64,000 nt of DNA from a bacterium (GCA_963555815.3 CAUVWX020000002.1:32001-96000), one strand, 5' to 3'. Positions 20,299 through 31,215 are shown, counted from the stretch's first letter. Notes: generated by a model not told the origin, from the sequence alone. Program-made: numbers and translations.

Positions 20299-21750
20299 TC
20301 AGTCCTCCCGTCCGGAGGGGACCGGGTGTTTCTCCTGAAGTCGCTTCAGGAAGACCGGCCCCACTTTTCCTACGTCTCCCGCTCCCAGGGTCAGGACGAC
20401 GTCCCCCGAAGTGGCCTCCTGGAGGAGGTAATCCACGGCCGTCGTCAGGTCCTCCACGAAGTCCGCTGGCGTCCGTCCCCGGGCCTGGATGCCCTCGTGG
20501 ATCTGACGGGCATCGGTACCCGGGATGGGTGTCTCTCCAGCCGGATAGATCGGGAGGATGGCCACCCGGTCCGCCGCGTCGAAGGCGTCAAAAAAGTTGG
20601 AAAGGAGGAGGCGGGTTCGGGAATAGCGATGGGGCTGAAAGAGGACGAAGAGGCGCTTTTCTGGCCACCTGCTTCGTGCGGCTTCCAGCGTCGCCTGGAT
20701 CTCCTTCGGGTGATGACCGTAGTCGTCCAGGACGGCAATCCCCTTGGCCTCCCCCAGTTGCTCGAAGCGGCGCTGAATCCCCGTGAATTCCTTCAGGGCT
20801 CGGCGGATGGCCGGAAACCCGATCTCAAGCTCGGTGCCCACGGCAACGGCCGCCAAGGCGTTTGCCACATTGTGAAGGCCAGAGAGCTGGATTTGGACGG
20901 CTCCCAGGCGCTTTGATCCACGCCGACCCCTGGAAGCCTGACCGGCCACAAACTGTGTCCCCTCTGCCTCGTGGGAGATCTCGCAGGCGGTGTAATCGGG
21001 GTTCCCGGTGAGCCCGTAGGTGACGTACTTTCGCTCTACCCGAGGAAGAATTTCGCGGATGGCCGGGTCATCAGAGCAGAGGACGGAAAAGCCGTAGAAG
21101 GGGATCTGATTGATGAACTGGATGAAGGCCTCCTGGATGGCCCCGAAGGTGCCGTAGTGGTCCAGATGCTCGGTGTCCAGGTTTGTTACGACGGCGACTG
21201 TGGGGGTGAGGCGGAGGAAGGAGCCGTCGCTCTCATCGGCCTCGGCGACCAGGTAATCCCCGGTCCCCAGCTTCACGTTGGACCCCAAGCTGTTGACGCG
21301 CCCCCCAATCACTGCGGTGGGGTCCAGCCCCCCCTCGGCCAGCGCGGCCGCGATGAGGGAGGAAGTGGTGGTCTTCCCATGGGCTCCTGCCACGGCCACC
21401 CCAAATTTCATCCGCATGAGCTCGGCCAGGACCTCGGCCCGAGGGATGACGGGAAGCTTCCGCGCTCTGGCCGATGAGAGTTCGGGATTGTTCGCGGCCA
21501 CCGCTGAGGAGTAGACCACGACATCCACGTCCTGGACGTGGGCCGAGTCATGCCCCTCCATGATCCGAACACCCAGAGAAGAGAGGCGGTTTGTCACATC
21601 AGTCAAAGCGACGTCCGAACCGCTCACGGTGTACCCCAGGTTCAGAAGCACCTCGGCGAGGCCAGACATCCCCATTCCCCCAACGCCCACAAGATGAATG
21701 CGGCGCATGCGTCGAAGGAAGGCGTGGCCTTCAACCAGATCTGCGATCAA
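20299..21750 (-). CDS. murC: UDP-MurNAc-L-Ala ligase
   Basis: GVGGMGMSG, AGAHGKTTT, EADESDGSF, DDYGHHP, FQPHRYSRT. Confidence 0.98.
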   Translation of the reverse strand: MIADLVEGHAFLRRMRRIHLVGVGGMGMSGLAEVLLNLGYTVSGSDVALTDVTNRLSSLGVRIMEGHDSAHVQDVDVVVYSSAVAANNPELSSARARKLPVIPRAEVLAELMRMKFGVAVAGAHGKTTTSSLIAAALAEGGLDPTAVIGGRVNSLGSNVKLGTGDYLVAEADESDGSFLRLTPTVAVVTNLDTEHLDHYGTFGAIQEAFIQFINQIPFYGFSVLCSDDPAIREILPRVERKYVTYGLTGNPDYTACEISHEAEGTQFVAGQASRGRRGSKRLGAVQIQLSGLHNVANALAAVAVGTELEIGFPAIRRALKEFTGIQRRFEQLGEAKGIAVLDDYGHHPKEIQATLEAARSRWPEKRLFVLFQPHRYSRTRLLLSNFFDAFDAADRVAILPIYPAGETPIPGTDARQIHEGIQARGRTPADFVEDLTTAVDYLLQEATSGDVVLTLGAGDVGKVGPVFLKRLQEKHPVPSGRED

Positions 21751-22849
21751 GTTCCGGCTCCTCTGACTTCCCCTGAGTCACGCTGAGGAGGAGGTCGACG
21801 ATGCGCTGAGAGGCCCCCGGTTTGGAAAGAGACCGGCTGGCCCGGGCCATTTCTTGAAGCCTCGCGGGATCGGATCCAAGGGAGAGGACGGTCTCCGCCA
21901 GTCGGCCCTGCAACTCCTTCTGGGGGATTAAGAAGGCCCCTCCCTCCTGTGACAAGTAGCTGGCATTCATGAACTGATGGAAGCCCGCTTTGGATGGTAG
22001 GGGGACCAAGATGGCCGGGCAGCCTGCCGCTGTCAGCTCCGAGACCGTCAGGGCGCCCCCCCGCGCAAGGACCAAATGCGCCCGCCGATAGGTTTTGGCC
22101 ATGTCCCGGATGAAGGAGGAGACCTCGGCCTCTATCCCCCATTTCGCATAGGCCTCCTTGAGCCGCCCGAGGTCGCCCTCGCCCGTGATGTGGATAATGC
22201 GAGGGGGAGGCTGAGCCTTGGACCAGCGGGGGAGGGCCTGAAGGACCGCCTCGTTGATGGCCCTCGCCCCTTGGCTCCCACCTAAAATGAGGAGTGTGAA
22301 AGCGTCTTGCTCTGGGGGGTTTGTCTCGGCCAGGCGCTCGATCTCCTGTCGGATGGGGTTTCCTGTGAAGAGGGCCTTTCCAGGGGGGAAATACTCCTCT
22401 TCTCCCGGCAGGCCAAGGGCAATCCGGGACGCCATCCGGCTCAGGAACCGGTTGGCGGCCCCCGGGCAGGCATTTGGCTCCATCAAGACAATGGACCGTC
22501 GAAGGAGCCAGGAGGCGATCACCACGGGGGCGCTGGCGTACCCACCCGCACCCAGGACCACATCGGGACAAAAAGCTCTCAGGATGGCAAGGGCTTGCAG
22601 CCCACCCCACCCAAGCCTCAGGAGAGACCGCAGCTTTCCCCACAGCGACACTCCTTTCAGACCTCCCGCGAAGATGAGGCGATGAGGGAGGCCTGATTCC
22701 TGGAGGATACGAGTATCCAAGGGTCGTCGCGCGCCGACGAGAAGGACCTCCCCTTCGGGGACGCGCGAAAGCCATTCTCGCGCCACCGCAATGGCCGGAA
22801 AGAGATGGCCTCCCGTACCGCCGCCTCCGATTAGAAGCCGCATCCACAC
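21731..22849 (-). CDS. murG: lipid II N-acetylglucosaminyltransferase
   Basis: GGGTGGHLFP, GGYAS, TGNPIR, GGSQGA, HQ..NA. Confidence 0.97.
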   Translation of the reverse strand: MWMRLLIGGGGTGGHLFPAIAVAREWLSRVPEGEVLLVGARRPLDTRILQESGLPHRLIFAGGLKGVSLWGKLRSLLRLGWGGLQALAILRAFCPDVVLGAGGYASAPVVIASWLLRRSIVLMEPNACPGAANRFLSRMASRIALGLPGEEEYFPPGKALFTGNPIRQEIERLAETNPPEQDAFTLLILGGSQGARAINEAVLQALPRWSKAQPPPRIIHITGEGDLGRLKEAYAKWGIEAEVSSFIRDMAKTYRRAHLVLARGGALTVSELTAAGCPAILVPLPSKAGFHQFMNASYLSQEGGAFLIPQKELQGRLAETVLSLGSDPARLQEMARASRSLSKPGASQRIVDLLLSVTQGKSEEPELDRRSG

Positions 22850-22858
22850 CTCTTCGGT

Positions 22859-23962
22859 TCATCTCGCCCTTTCATTCCCTTTTCCCCCCGCAATGCTGAG
22901 GAGGATTCCCACACTCGCCAGAGACACGAGGAGAGCTGAGCCCCCTGTGCTGATGAAAGGGAGGGGGAGCCCCTTGGTGGGGAGGAGGCCTACGGCGACC
23001 GCGAGATGAATGAGCGTCTGGGTCCCCAGGAGGCTCGTCAGCCCCGCAGCCAGAAGAGCCCCAAAGGAGTTGTCGCATCGAAACGCCACCCGGGCCCCCC
23101 GGAAGATGAGAAGGCCAAAGAGGAACATCAGGCCCAGGGCCCCGAGATATCCCAACTCCTCTCCCACGACGGAGAAGATGAAATCCGTATGGGGTTCGGG
23201 GAGGAAAAGAAGTTTGGCTTTTCCCTGAGCCAAGCCCAACCCTGTCCAGCCCCCCTGGCCCAGCGAGAGATAAGACTGGATCAACTGAAACCCTGACCCC
23301 TGGGGATCTCCCCAAGGGTCCAAAAAGGAGATGAGGCGAAGCCTCCGGTATCCGGCCGAGAGGATGAAGCCAAAGAGCACCGGGAAGACAACCCCTGCCG
23401 TCCCCAGCAGGTGAAGGGGCCGTACCCCTCCCACATAAAGAAGGACGCAGGCGACAGACACCATCAAGAGTCCCGTCCCGATGTCGGGCTGAAGGAGAAC
23501 GGGAATCGTGAGGGCCCCAACCCCGAGGGCGGCGGGCAGAAAGTGGGCCTTGAAAGTCTTTTCCTGCTTTCCTGAGAGAAAACGGGCCAGGAAGAGGATC
23601 ATGGCGATCTTGGCGAACTCTGCCGGCTGAACCGAAAGGGGGCCCCAGCGAAACCACCGTCTGGCACCGCCCACCTCCCTTCCGATCTCGGGCAATAAGA
23701 CGGCAATGAGGGACACCAGGCTGAGGGCGAAGAGGGGATAGGCCAAAGGGCGCCACCTGTCGTAGTTCGTCCCCATTAGGGCAAGCCCCCCCAGGAGGCC
23801 CACAGTCCCAAAGAGGATCTGGCGTTTTCCGAAATAGGACGGGTCGCCAAAACGCTCGAGGCCCACGACGGCGCTGGCGCTGTAGACCATCACGATCCCC
23901 ATCCCGAGAAGGACGACCGTCGTCCCCAATAGCCAGGGGTCGGAGACCCGAAGGGCCCTCAT
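22859..23962 (-). CDS. ftsW: SEDS peptidoglycan polymerase FtsW
   Basis: MVYSAS, GARRW, QPAEFAK, LPEPHTDFIFSV.GEELG, PTKGL.LPFIS.GGS. Confidence 0.96.
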   Translation of the reverse strand: MRALRVSDPWLLGTTVVLLGMGIVMVYSASAVVGLERFGDPSYFGKRQILFGTVGLLGGLALMGTNYDRWRPLAYPLFALSLVSLIAVLLPEIGREVGGARRWFRWGPLSVQPAEFAKIAMILFLARFLSGKQEKTFKAHFLPAALGVGALTIPVLLQPDIGTGLLMVSVACVLLYVGGVRPLHLLGTAGVVFPVLFGFILSAGYRRLRLISFLDPWGDPQGSGFQLIQSYLSLGQGGWTGLGLAQGKAKLLFLPEPHTDFIFSVVGEELGYLGALGLMFLFGLLIFRGARVAFRCDNSFGALLAAGLTSLLGTQTLIHLAVAVGLLPTKGLPLPFISTGGSALLVSLASVGILLSIAGGKGNERAR

Positions 23963-25344
23963 GAGGGGAGCGCCTCCACCAGACGGATGAACTCATTTCC
24001 CCGGTCCTCATAGTCCACAAACATGTCGAAGCTGGCGCAGGCCGGCGAGAGGAGAACGACGTTCCCAGGCGAGGCGGCGTCGGCCGCCATCTGAACCGCC
24101 TCGACCAGGCTCTTGGCCTCCTCACATTGCGTCAGCCCTGCAAAGGCGGATCTGAATCGGGCGCGGGCCTCCCCGATGAGGATGAGGCGTTTGACCCGGT
24201 CCTGGACGAGCGGCCGAAGGGGGGTGAGGTCGCTCCCCTTGTCGCGCCCGCCGGCGATAAGGACGATGGGCGAATCGAAGCTCTCTAGGGACCTCTGGGT
24301 TGCCCCCACGTTGGTCCCCTTAGAGTCGTTGAAGTAGCGAACACCCCGCCGCTCGCGCACCCACTGGAGGCGGTGAGGCAAAGGTTGAAAGGCCCGGATG
24401 GCCTCGCCCATAGCCCCGGGGGAAATCTCTAGGGCCCCGCCCACGGCGATGGCCGCCAGGACATTTTCGAGATTGTGAAGACCGACGAGTGGAAGCTCGT
24501 CCCGGCGGCAAACGGGGGTCGCCTCCGCCCCGAAAGAGAGGAGAAGGTTTTCATCCTGAAGGAAGGCCCCTCGCTCGACAGGTCGGGTTCGGCTGAAATG
24601 GAGGGTCTGCCCCTTGGCATCTCGGCCGAGGTCCAGGACCAAAGGGTCATCGGCGTTCAGGACCAGAAGATCCGTCTGTCCCTGACGTGCGAAGATGCGC
24701 CGTTTCCAGGAGAGATAGTCCTCCAGGGTCGGGTGGCGGTCCAGGTGGTCTGCAGTGATGTTGGTGAGAAGGGCGACATGGGGCCTGAAAGTCTCCACCC
24801 ATTCGAGCTGGAAGCTGCTCACCTCGACCACCATGAAGTCGGCCGAAGGCTCCTCATCGATGGCCCCGATGAAGGGAGAGCCGATATTGCCCACCCCGGG
24901 CGCCCGAAAGCCTCCAGCCTCCAGGAGGGCGCTCACGAGCTGAACCGTCGTCGTCTTTCCATTGGTCCCTGTGACGGCGATGACGGGGACAAGGCAGAAG
25001 CGGAAGGCGAGCTCGACCTCGCTCCAGACGGGCACCCCCGCGCCAAGTGCTCGAAGGATCATAGGGTGATCTCTTGAAATGCCCGGGCTCACCACGAGAC
25101 CGTCGGCGGATTCGAAGAGCACTTCAGGGTGTCCCCCCAGGGCCTGCTCGACCTCTTTAGGAAGTCTCGCCAGAACCTCAGCAAGCTCGGCCTCCCCGCG
25201 AAGGTCTGTCACGGTCACCTTTGCCCCCCGGGAGGCGAGGAAGCGGGCCGCAGCCACCCCTGTGCGGGCGAGGCCCATGACCGTAAAACGCCTGTCTCGA
25301 AGGTCCACCGTTTTGGCCGCCTGGGGCATTGTCAAAACCTTCAT
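23959..25344 (-). CDS. murD: UDP-MurNAc-L-Ala-D-Glu ligase
   Basis: GLARTG, TGTNGKTTT, EVSSFQL, DHLDRH, NDSKGTN, LLSPACASFD; ATG 25344 overlaps the mraY stop. Confidence 0.97.
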   Translation of the reverse strand: MKVLTMPQAAKTVDLRDRRFTVMGLARTGVAAARFLASRGAKVTVTDLRGEAELAEVLARLPKEVEQALGGHPEVLFESADGLVVSPGISRDHPMILRALGAGVPVWSEVELAFRFCLVPVIAVTGTNGKTTTVQLVSALLEAGGFRAPGVGNIGSPFIGAIDEEPSADFMVVEVSSFQLEWVETFRPHVALLTNITADHLDRHPTLEDYLSWKRRIFARQGQTDLLVLNADDPLVLDLGRDAKGQTLHFSRTRPVERGAFLQDENLLLSFGAEATPVCRRDELPLVGLHNLENVLAAIAVGGALEISPGAMGEAIRAFQPLPHRLQWVRERRGVRYFNDSKGTNVGATQRSLESFDSPIVLIAGGRDKGSDLTPLRPLVQDRVKRLILIGEARARFRSAFAGLTQCEEAKSLVEAVQMAADAASPGNVVLLSPACASFDMFVDYEDRGNEFIRLVEALPS

Positions 25345-26426
25345 CGCAACTTGAGGGTGCTTAGACTGAGGAGAGCCAAGATGATGGACACGATGAGAAA
25401 TCGCACCATCACCTTGGGCTCCTCCCAGCCCTTCATCTCGAAGTGGTGGTGGATGGGGGCCATGCGGAAGATCCGCCGGCCTGTCAGGCGATAAGACGCG
25501 ACTTGCAGGAGCACCGAGACGGCCTCCAGGACGAAGATCCCACCGGCAATGAGGAGGGCGAACTCCTGCCTGGCGATGACGGCCACCGTCCCCAGCGCCC
25601 CGCCGAGGGCCAGGGCGCCTACGTCGCCCATGAAAACCTGGGCGGGGTAAGCGTTGAACCACAGGAAACCCAGGCTTGCCCCCAGCATGGCGCCGCAGAA
25701 GATGGCGAGCTCCCCGGCCCCCCTCACGTGAGTGATCTGGAGATAGCCGGCGAAGACGATGTTGCCCGCTAAATAGGAGAAGATGACAAAGGCGATGGCC
25801 GTGATCATGAAAGGGCCTATGGCGAGACCGTCAAGGCCGTCCGTCAGGTTGACGGCGTTTGAGGTCCCCGCAACTACAAGCAGGACGAAGGGGATATAGC
25901 CCCAGCTGAGGTAGGGGAAAACCCCCTTGAAGAAGGGGACGGCCAGGCGGCCGCTGGCCTCAGGGTTGATGGGGTCAAAGAACATGAAAAAAGCGACCCC
26001 CAACCCGACCACCAACTGCCCGATCAGCTTCTGGTAAACCCGAAGTCCCTTCCCCTGGTTTCGGAAGATCTTCAGATAGTCGTCGACGAATCCGATGACT
26101 CCAAAACCCAGCGTCGCGAGGAGGGCCACCCAGATGTAGATGTTTCCCAGGTCGGCCCAAAGGAGGGTGGGGACGACGAGGGCTATGATGATGAGAAGGC
26201 CGCCCATGGTCGGCGTCTCCCCCTTCATCTGGTGGCGCTCGGGGACATCCTCACGGATCTTCTGGCTGACCTGATGCGCACTCAGCTTTCGGATGAGCCA
26301 AGGGCCAAGGATTAGGCTGATCAGGAGGCCCGTCAGGGTGGCAGCGGCGGTTCGAAGGGTGATGAACCGAAAGAGGTTGAAGAAGATGTGGGATTCCCGA
26401 AGGGGAGTGAGAAGAAGATATAGCAT
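25341..26426 (-). CDS. mraY: phospho-MurNAc-pentapeptide transferase
   Basis: TPTMGG, DDYLK, NAVNLTDGLDGLA, VFMGDVG, MAPIHHHFE. Confidence 0.98.
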   Translation of the reverse strand: MLYLLLTPLRESHIFFNLFRFITLRTAAATLTGLLISLILGPWLIRKLSAHQVSQKIREDVPERHQMKGETPTMGGLLIIIALVVPTLLWADLGNIYIWVALLATLGFGVIGFVDDYLKIFRNQGKGLRVYQKLIGQLVVGLGVAFFMFFDPINPEASGRLAVPFFKGVFPYLSWGYIPFVLLVVAGTSNAVNLTDGLDGLAIGPFMITAIAFVIFSYLAGNIVFAGYLQITHVRGAGELAIFCGAMLGASLGFLWFNAYPAQVFMGDVGALALGGALGTVAVIARQEFALLIAGGIFVLEAVSVLLQVASYRLTGRRIFRMAPIHHHFEMKGWEEPKVMVRFLIVSIILALLSLSTLKLR

Positions 26427-27865
26427 TAGCTGTCCAGCCCCTCCAGGATCCGCTCCATGGCCATCCGCCGCGACCCTTTCACGAGGACCCAGTCTCCCTT
26501 GTGCAGGTTGCGCCTCAGCCAGCGCGACGCCTTGGCAGGGGCGTCACAGCGGATGATCCGGCGTCCCTCCATCCCCCGCCGCAGGGCCTCGTCGGCGATG
26601 AAGAGGGCCTGATCCCCCAGGACCAGAAGGTAATCGACTCCGTAGGTCTTCTTGCTTCCTGGCAGGCCTGCCGGCACTCTCGCCATGGCCGCAACGGTCG
26701 CTCCCAGGGTGCGGTGAGCATCCGCCCCCCGCCTCCCGAGCTCCAGCATGTCGCCGAGAATGACGATGGACCGCCCGCCGTTTCGAAGCGTTAAAAAGGT
26801 TTCGAGAGCGACCTTCGCCGAACGGGGGTTGGCGTTATAGGCGTCGTCCACCCAGTGAACCCCGTTGGCGAGTCGGCGCACCTGCAGCCGTCCCTTCGGG
26901 GGTTTGAGGCCGCTCAGTCCTTCCGCAATGGCGTCGACAGGGAGCCCGATGGCGCGACCCACCGCGGCCGCCGCCAGGGCGTTGAGGACATTATGCTCGC
27001 CAAGGGGCCGGATGCGAAGGCGACGTGTTTCCCCCGCCGTCCGAAGGGTGAAAGCCATGCCGCGCATTCCCAAGGATTTTAGTTCGGCCGCTTGCACTTC
27101 GACCTTGGCGCCCCGGCCGAACAAGATCACTTTCCCCCCTTTGGTCCGAAAGCGTTTTGCCAAGCGCAGGCAGTGGCCATCCTCTCCATTTGTGACCAAC
27201 ACCCCCCGGCCGCCCATAACCTTCACCATCTCGCCCTTGGCCTCCCGGACCGCACTCACGGACCCCAGATAGGCCAGGTGGACGGGGCTGACATTGGTGA
27301 GGACGCCCACCCTTGGCCTTGCGATCTCCGTGAGTCGGTGGATCTCGCCCGGCCTGTTCATCCCCATCTCCACCACGACAGCTTCGTGTTCCCTCCCCAG
27401 GTGAAAGAGAGAGAGGGGGAGGCCGATGAGATTGTTCAGGTTGCCCGGGGATTTTAGAACGCGAAGGCGGGTCCCGAGGACCGCCGCCGCCATCTCCTTC
27501 GTCGTCGTCTTGCCGCTGCTTCCCGTTACGGCTACGAGAGGGACAGAGAAGCGCTGGCGGTGGAAGGCTGCGAGGTCGCCCAGGGCCTGAGTGGTGTCAC
27601 GAACGTGGATGAGAGAGACCCTCTTTTTCCCACTCCAGGGGGAATGCCAGCTGGGGCCGACCAGGATTCCCCCGCAACCCCGCGTTAAGGCCTCGGGGAT
27701 AAATTGGTGGGCGTCGTGCTTTTGACCCACGATGGGGATAAAGAGCTGGCCCGGAAGGACGGTCCTGGAGTCAGTGGAAACGCCCTTCAGGGGGGCGTTT
27801 TGGGGGCCTGAGAGAAGCTTGCCCCCGGTGGCCGAGACCACCTCGCTCACTCGAAAAAGGGCCAC
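26426..27865 (-). CDS. murF: UDP-MurNAc-tripeptide D-Ala-D-Ala ligase
   Basis: STDSR, TGSSGKTTTKE, EMGMN, DDAYNANP, LGDMLELG, VKGSR. Confidence 0.97.
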   Translation of the reverse strand: MALFRVSEVVSATGGKLLSGPQNAPLKGVSTDSRTVLPGQLFIPIVGQKHDAHQFIPEALTRGCGGILVGPSWHSPWSGKKRVSLIHVRDTTQALGDLAAFHRQRFSVPLVAVTGSSGKTTTKEMAAAVLGTRLRVLKSPGNLNNLIGLPLSLFHLGREHEAVVVEMGMNRPGEIHRLTEIARPRVGVLTNVSPVHLAYLGSVSAVREAKGEMVKVMGGRGVLVTNGEDGHCLRLAKRFRTKGGKVILFGRGAKVEVQAAELKSLGMRGMAFTLRTAGETRRLRIRPLGEHNVLNALAAAAVGRAIGLPVDAIAEGLSGLKPPKGRLQVRRLANGVHWVDDAYNANPRSAKVALETFLTLRNGGRSIVILGDMLELGRRGADAHRTLGATVAAMARVPAGLPGSKKTYGVDYLLVLGDQALFIADEALRRGMEGRRIIRCDAPAKASRWLRRNLHKGDWVLVKGSRRMAMERILEGLDS

Positions 27866-27866
27866 C

Positions 27867-29393
27867 TCAGTGGACCTCCCGAGCCCGATGGGTTCCCTTG
27901 CCGTAACCCAGTTCTCGAATGGCCACCCTTGCCTCTTCCCGGTCGTCGAAGGGAACGACCTCTCGGCCGAGGATCTGATAGTCCTCGTGGCCCTTTCCCG
28001 CGATCACGATGCCGTCTCCCGCCTCAGCCATCCCAATGGCTTCGCGGATCGCCTTTCGACGGTCTACGCAGGTTGTGTATTGCGAAGGCCCCTTTCCCAG
28101 GCCCTTCAGCCCCACCTCGATCTCCCGAATGATGGCCTCGGGGTCTTCAGTCCGGGGATTGTCGGAAGTGATGAGGACGAAATCTGCGACCTTCCCGGCC
28201 GCCGTGCCCATTCGGGGCCGCTTGGTCCGGTCTCTGTCTCCACCGCATCCCATGACGGCGATGAGGCGCCCTTCAATGAGCTCCCGGGCGACGTTCAGGA
28301 CGCGGCTGAGAGCTTCCTCGGTATGAGCGTAATCTACGACGACAGTAAAGGGTTGGCCAAGGTTGATCGGCTCGAAGCGGCCAGGGACCGAGGAGAGGTT
28401 TGAGACGCCGACTTGAATGGCCTCGGTGTTGAGACCCAGGGCGAGGGCCGTGGCCACTGATGAAAGGATGTTGTAGACATTGTGAGTCCCAAGTAAGGGG
28501 GAGCGAAGTGACATTGGCCCCCGGGGACAGCGAAGCTCAAAGGAAAGCCCGGACCAGCCTGCGGTTACCCCTTTGGCGCCCACTGCGGCCTCCGAGTCTA
28601 GCCCATAGGTGAGGCCCTCCTTCCCCCCCCGAGTGCCCACCATCCCCTTCCAGATGCGCTGGCCGTAAGGATCGTCAATATTCACCACGGCTGCTCGCAG
28701 GGGATGCTCCCTGAAGAGACTTTCCTTGGCGGCAAAATAGTTCTCAAGGGAGTGATGAAAATCTAGATGGTCCTGAGTGAGATTGGTGAAGACGGCGACG
28801 TCGAACTCCATCCCCCGGACGCGGTCCAGGGCCAAGCCGTGGGAGGAGACCTCAAGGAGGCAGTGGTCCAGGCCCTCGTCCACCATCTTGCGGACCGTCC
28901 CTTGAAGCTCCGGGGCCTGAGGTGTGGTTTGACCTGCGGGGGAAGATTTTTGGCCGATCCGGTACGAAATGGTTCCGATGACGCCCGGGCGATGGCCCGC
29001 AGCCTTCAGGATAGACTCGGTGAGGTAGGTCCAGGTGGTCTTGCCATTGGTTCCGGTGACGCCGAGGACCCTGATCTCATCTGAGGGGTGACCATAAAAG
29101 ACATCCGCCAGGTGGGCGAGGACCCGGCGCGTATCGGGGACGGTGATGACGGTGACTTCCCTTGAGGCGGTGGGGACCTTCGCCACCTCTGAGACCACCA
29201 CGCCCACCGCCCCGCGTTTGATGGCCTCCTCTACATGGATGTGGCCGTCAGTCTGGGATCCTGGCAGGGCGATGAAGAGGTCCCCCGGGCAGAGGCTTCG
29301 AGAATCATAAGAAAGGCCACTGGCCTCAACCCCCTGGGGTCCTCTGACCTGGTGACCCGTAAGGCCCGAGATGAGCTGGTCGATACGGGCCAA
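27867..29393 (-). CDS. murE: UDP-MurNAc-dipeptide meso-DAP ligase
   Basis: TGTNGKTT, EVSSH, DHLDFH, VDYAHT, DNPR (DAP-specific), AGKGHE. Confidence 0.97.
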   Translation of the reverse strand: MARIDQLISGLTGHQVRGPQGVEASGLSYDSRSLCPGDLFIALPGSQTDGHIHVEEAIKRGAVGVVVSEVAKVPTASREVTVITVPDTRRVLAHLADVFYGHPSDEIRVLGVTGTNGKTTWTYLTESILKAAGHRPGVIGTISYRIGQKSSPAGQTTPQAPELQGTVRKMVDEGLDHCLLEVSSHGLALDRVRGMEFDVAVFTNLTQDHLDFHHSLENYFAAKESLFREHPLRAAVVNIDDPYGQRIWKGMVGTRGGKEGLTYGLDSEAAVGAKGVTAGWSGLSFELRCPRGPMSLRSPLLGTHNVYNILSSVATALALGLNTEAIQVGVSNLSSVPGRFEPINLGQPFTVVVDYAHTEEALSRVLNVARELIEGRLIAVMGCGGDRDRTKRPRMGTAAGKVADFVLITSDNPRTEDPEAIIREIEVGLKGLGKGPSQYTTCVDRRKAIREAIGMAEAGDGIVIAGKGHEDYQILGREVVPFDDREEARVAIRELGYGKGTHRAREVH

Positions 29394-29404
29394 TCCTACC
29401 CCCT

Positions 29405-31201
29405 TCAGGCCCCTGGTTCGGCTGGGTCCCTTCCCGAGCGGAGCGTGAGGGCCTCATCGCGAGGGATCCTGAGATAGCGCAGCGTCCGGCCAGCGATCTC
29501 TCGAAAGATGGGGGCCGCCACAGAGCCCCCGTAGATGTCTTCCTTTGGGGAATCGATCGTCACCAGGATGACCACGCGGGGCCGTTCTGCCGGCGAAAAA
29601 CCTACGAAAGAGGCAACATAGCGCCCATTTTCATAGGTCCCGGTTGCCGGATCCACCTGCTGGGCTGTGCCGGTCTTGCCACCCGCGGTGTAGCCTGGAG
29701 GTTTCGCTTTTTTTCCGGTCCCTCGCTCCACAACCCCCCTGAGGGCCTCCCTCAGGGTCTCCGCCACCTCTGCTCCCAAGACCCGTCGGACGATCTTGGG
29801 GGCGAAAATGCGGACGGTTCGGCCATTTCGCTCGATGGACTTGACAACGCGGGGGCGCATCAGGTAACCACCATTGGCGATGGCCCCGTAAGCGGCGACA
29901 AGCTGAAGGGGGGTGACGGCGATTTCGTGCCCTATGGGCAGGGCTGCCATGGAGGCTCGAGTCCACGCCCGGGGGGGTCTGAGGATTCCGGGAGACTCCC
30001 CGGGAAGACCTGATCTGGACCGTTCGCCGAATCCAAAGGCCCGGATGTAGCGATCAAGAAGGGCAGGTCCCACCTCCTGGGCCATCTTGACGGTTCCGAT
30101 GTTGCTGGATTGTTCGAGGATCTGGCGGACCGTTAGATCCTCATGGGGGTGAAGGTCCTGGATGATCCGCCCTGCGAAGGGCCACCTTCCCCCCTCGACA
30201 TAGAAGGTGTCCTCTGCATGTCCGCCCCTGCCTTCCAGGTACGCCGCCGCTGTTACCACCTTAAAGGTGGAGCCCGGCTCGTAGACGTCGGCGGCGCTGC
30301 GAATGCGCGAGGCCCCCGGCCCGTAGAGTCGAAATTGGTTTGGGTCGAAAGAGGGGACCTCGGCAAGGGCCAAGATGTTCCCCGTCTCCGGCTCCATCAC
30401 GATGACGGTGCCAGAAGCGGCCCCCACCCTCTGAACGCCGTTGGCGAGGGCTCTTTCTGCGATGTGCTGTATGGACTCGTCCATGGCGAGGACCACATCG
30501 CTTCCTCTGAGGCCGGGGGACGGGAGGAGCTCGGGGGGCAGAAGGGTTCGGCCCAGGGCGTCTCTGAAGACCTTTCTGCGGCCGGGGATCCCGCGAAGGT
30601 GGACGTTAAGTGCGTACTCCACCCCCGAAAGACCTTCCTCATCTATCCCCACAAAGCCCAACAGTTGTCCCGCCAGATGCCCCTTGGGGTAGAAACGTTT
30701 TTTCTCCGGTACAGAATCGATCCCGCCCAGGGCGAGCGCACGCACCTGATCCATCTGGGCGGGGGTGACCTTCCGGCTTATCCACACGAACTCCCTCTTG
30801 GACGTCAGGCTCTGCCTGAGGTCTGCCAGCGGGAGGTCGAGTACTTTGGAGAGAAGCCGGGCCGCGGCAGTCGGCTCCGCCAGGGCGGCAGGCCGTGCGA
30901 AGACGGAATCGGTGTTCATGCTTAGGGCGAGCATTCGTTTGCGCCGATCCCATATGACCCCACGCTGAGGCTGCAGGGGTTCGATCTTCGTATACTGTCG
31001 CTCGGCCCGGCTCATGATAGGCGCGTGTTGGTGGATCTGAAGGTAGTAAAGTCGAACGGCGATCACAGAAAGACCCAGGAAAGAGAGCAATAGAAATCCG
31101 GCGAATCGCCGGAGAAAACGGCTTCTCGACATCAAGTCTCGATCCACACGCCGCCGCCTTCTGGAATTTAAAGGCTGGCGAGGACGATCTTTCCGCATCA
31201 A
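29405..31201 (-). CDS. ftsI: class B PBP (FtsI/PBP3)
   Basis: RG.I.DR, EPGSTFK (SxxK), SSN (SxN), GKTGT. Confidence 0.95.
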   Translation of the reverse strand: MMRKDRPRQPLNSRRRRRVDRDLMSRSRFLRRFAGFLLLSFLGLSVIAVRLYYLQIHQHAPIMSRAERQYTKIEPLQPQRGVIWDRRKRMLALSMNTDSVFARPAALAEPTAAARLLSKVLDLPLADLRQSLTSKREFVWISRKVTPAQMDQVRALALGGIDSVPEKKRFYPKGHLAGQLLGFVGIDEEGLSGVEYALNVHLRGIPGRRKVFRDALGRTLLPPELLPSPGLRGSDVVLAMDESIQHIAERALANGVQRVGAASGTVIVMEPETGNILALAEVPSFDPNQFRLYGPGASRIRSAADVYEPGSTFKVVTAAAYLEGRGGHAEDTFYVEGGRWPFAGRIIQDLHPHEDLTVRQILEQSSNIGTVKMAQEVGPALLDRYIRAFGFGERSRSGLPGESPGILRPPRAWTRASMAALPIGHEIAVTPLQLVAAYGAIANGGYLMRPRVVKSIERNGRTVRIFAPKIVRRVLGAEVAETLREALRGVVERGTGKKAKPPGYTAGGKTGTAQQVDPATGTYENGRYVASFVGFSPAERPRVVILVTIDSPKEDIYGGSVAAPIFREIAGRTLRYLRIPRDEALTLRSGRDPAEPGA

Positions 31202-31215
31202 GGCTTTCTCCAGTC

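Noticed and set aside
25345..25662. Long N-terminal extension of MurD
   Set aside because: Lies inside mraY in another frame; ATG 25344 overlapping the mraY stop is the natural start.
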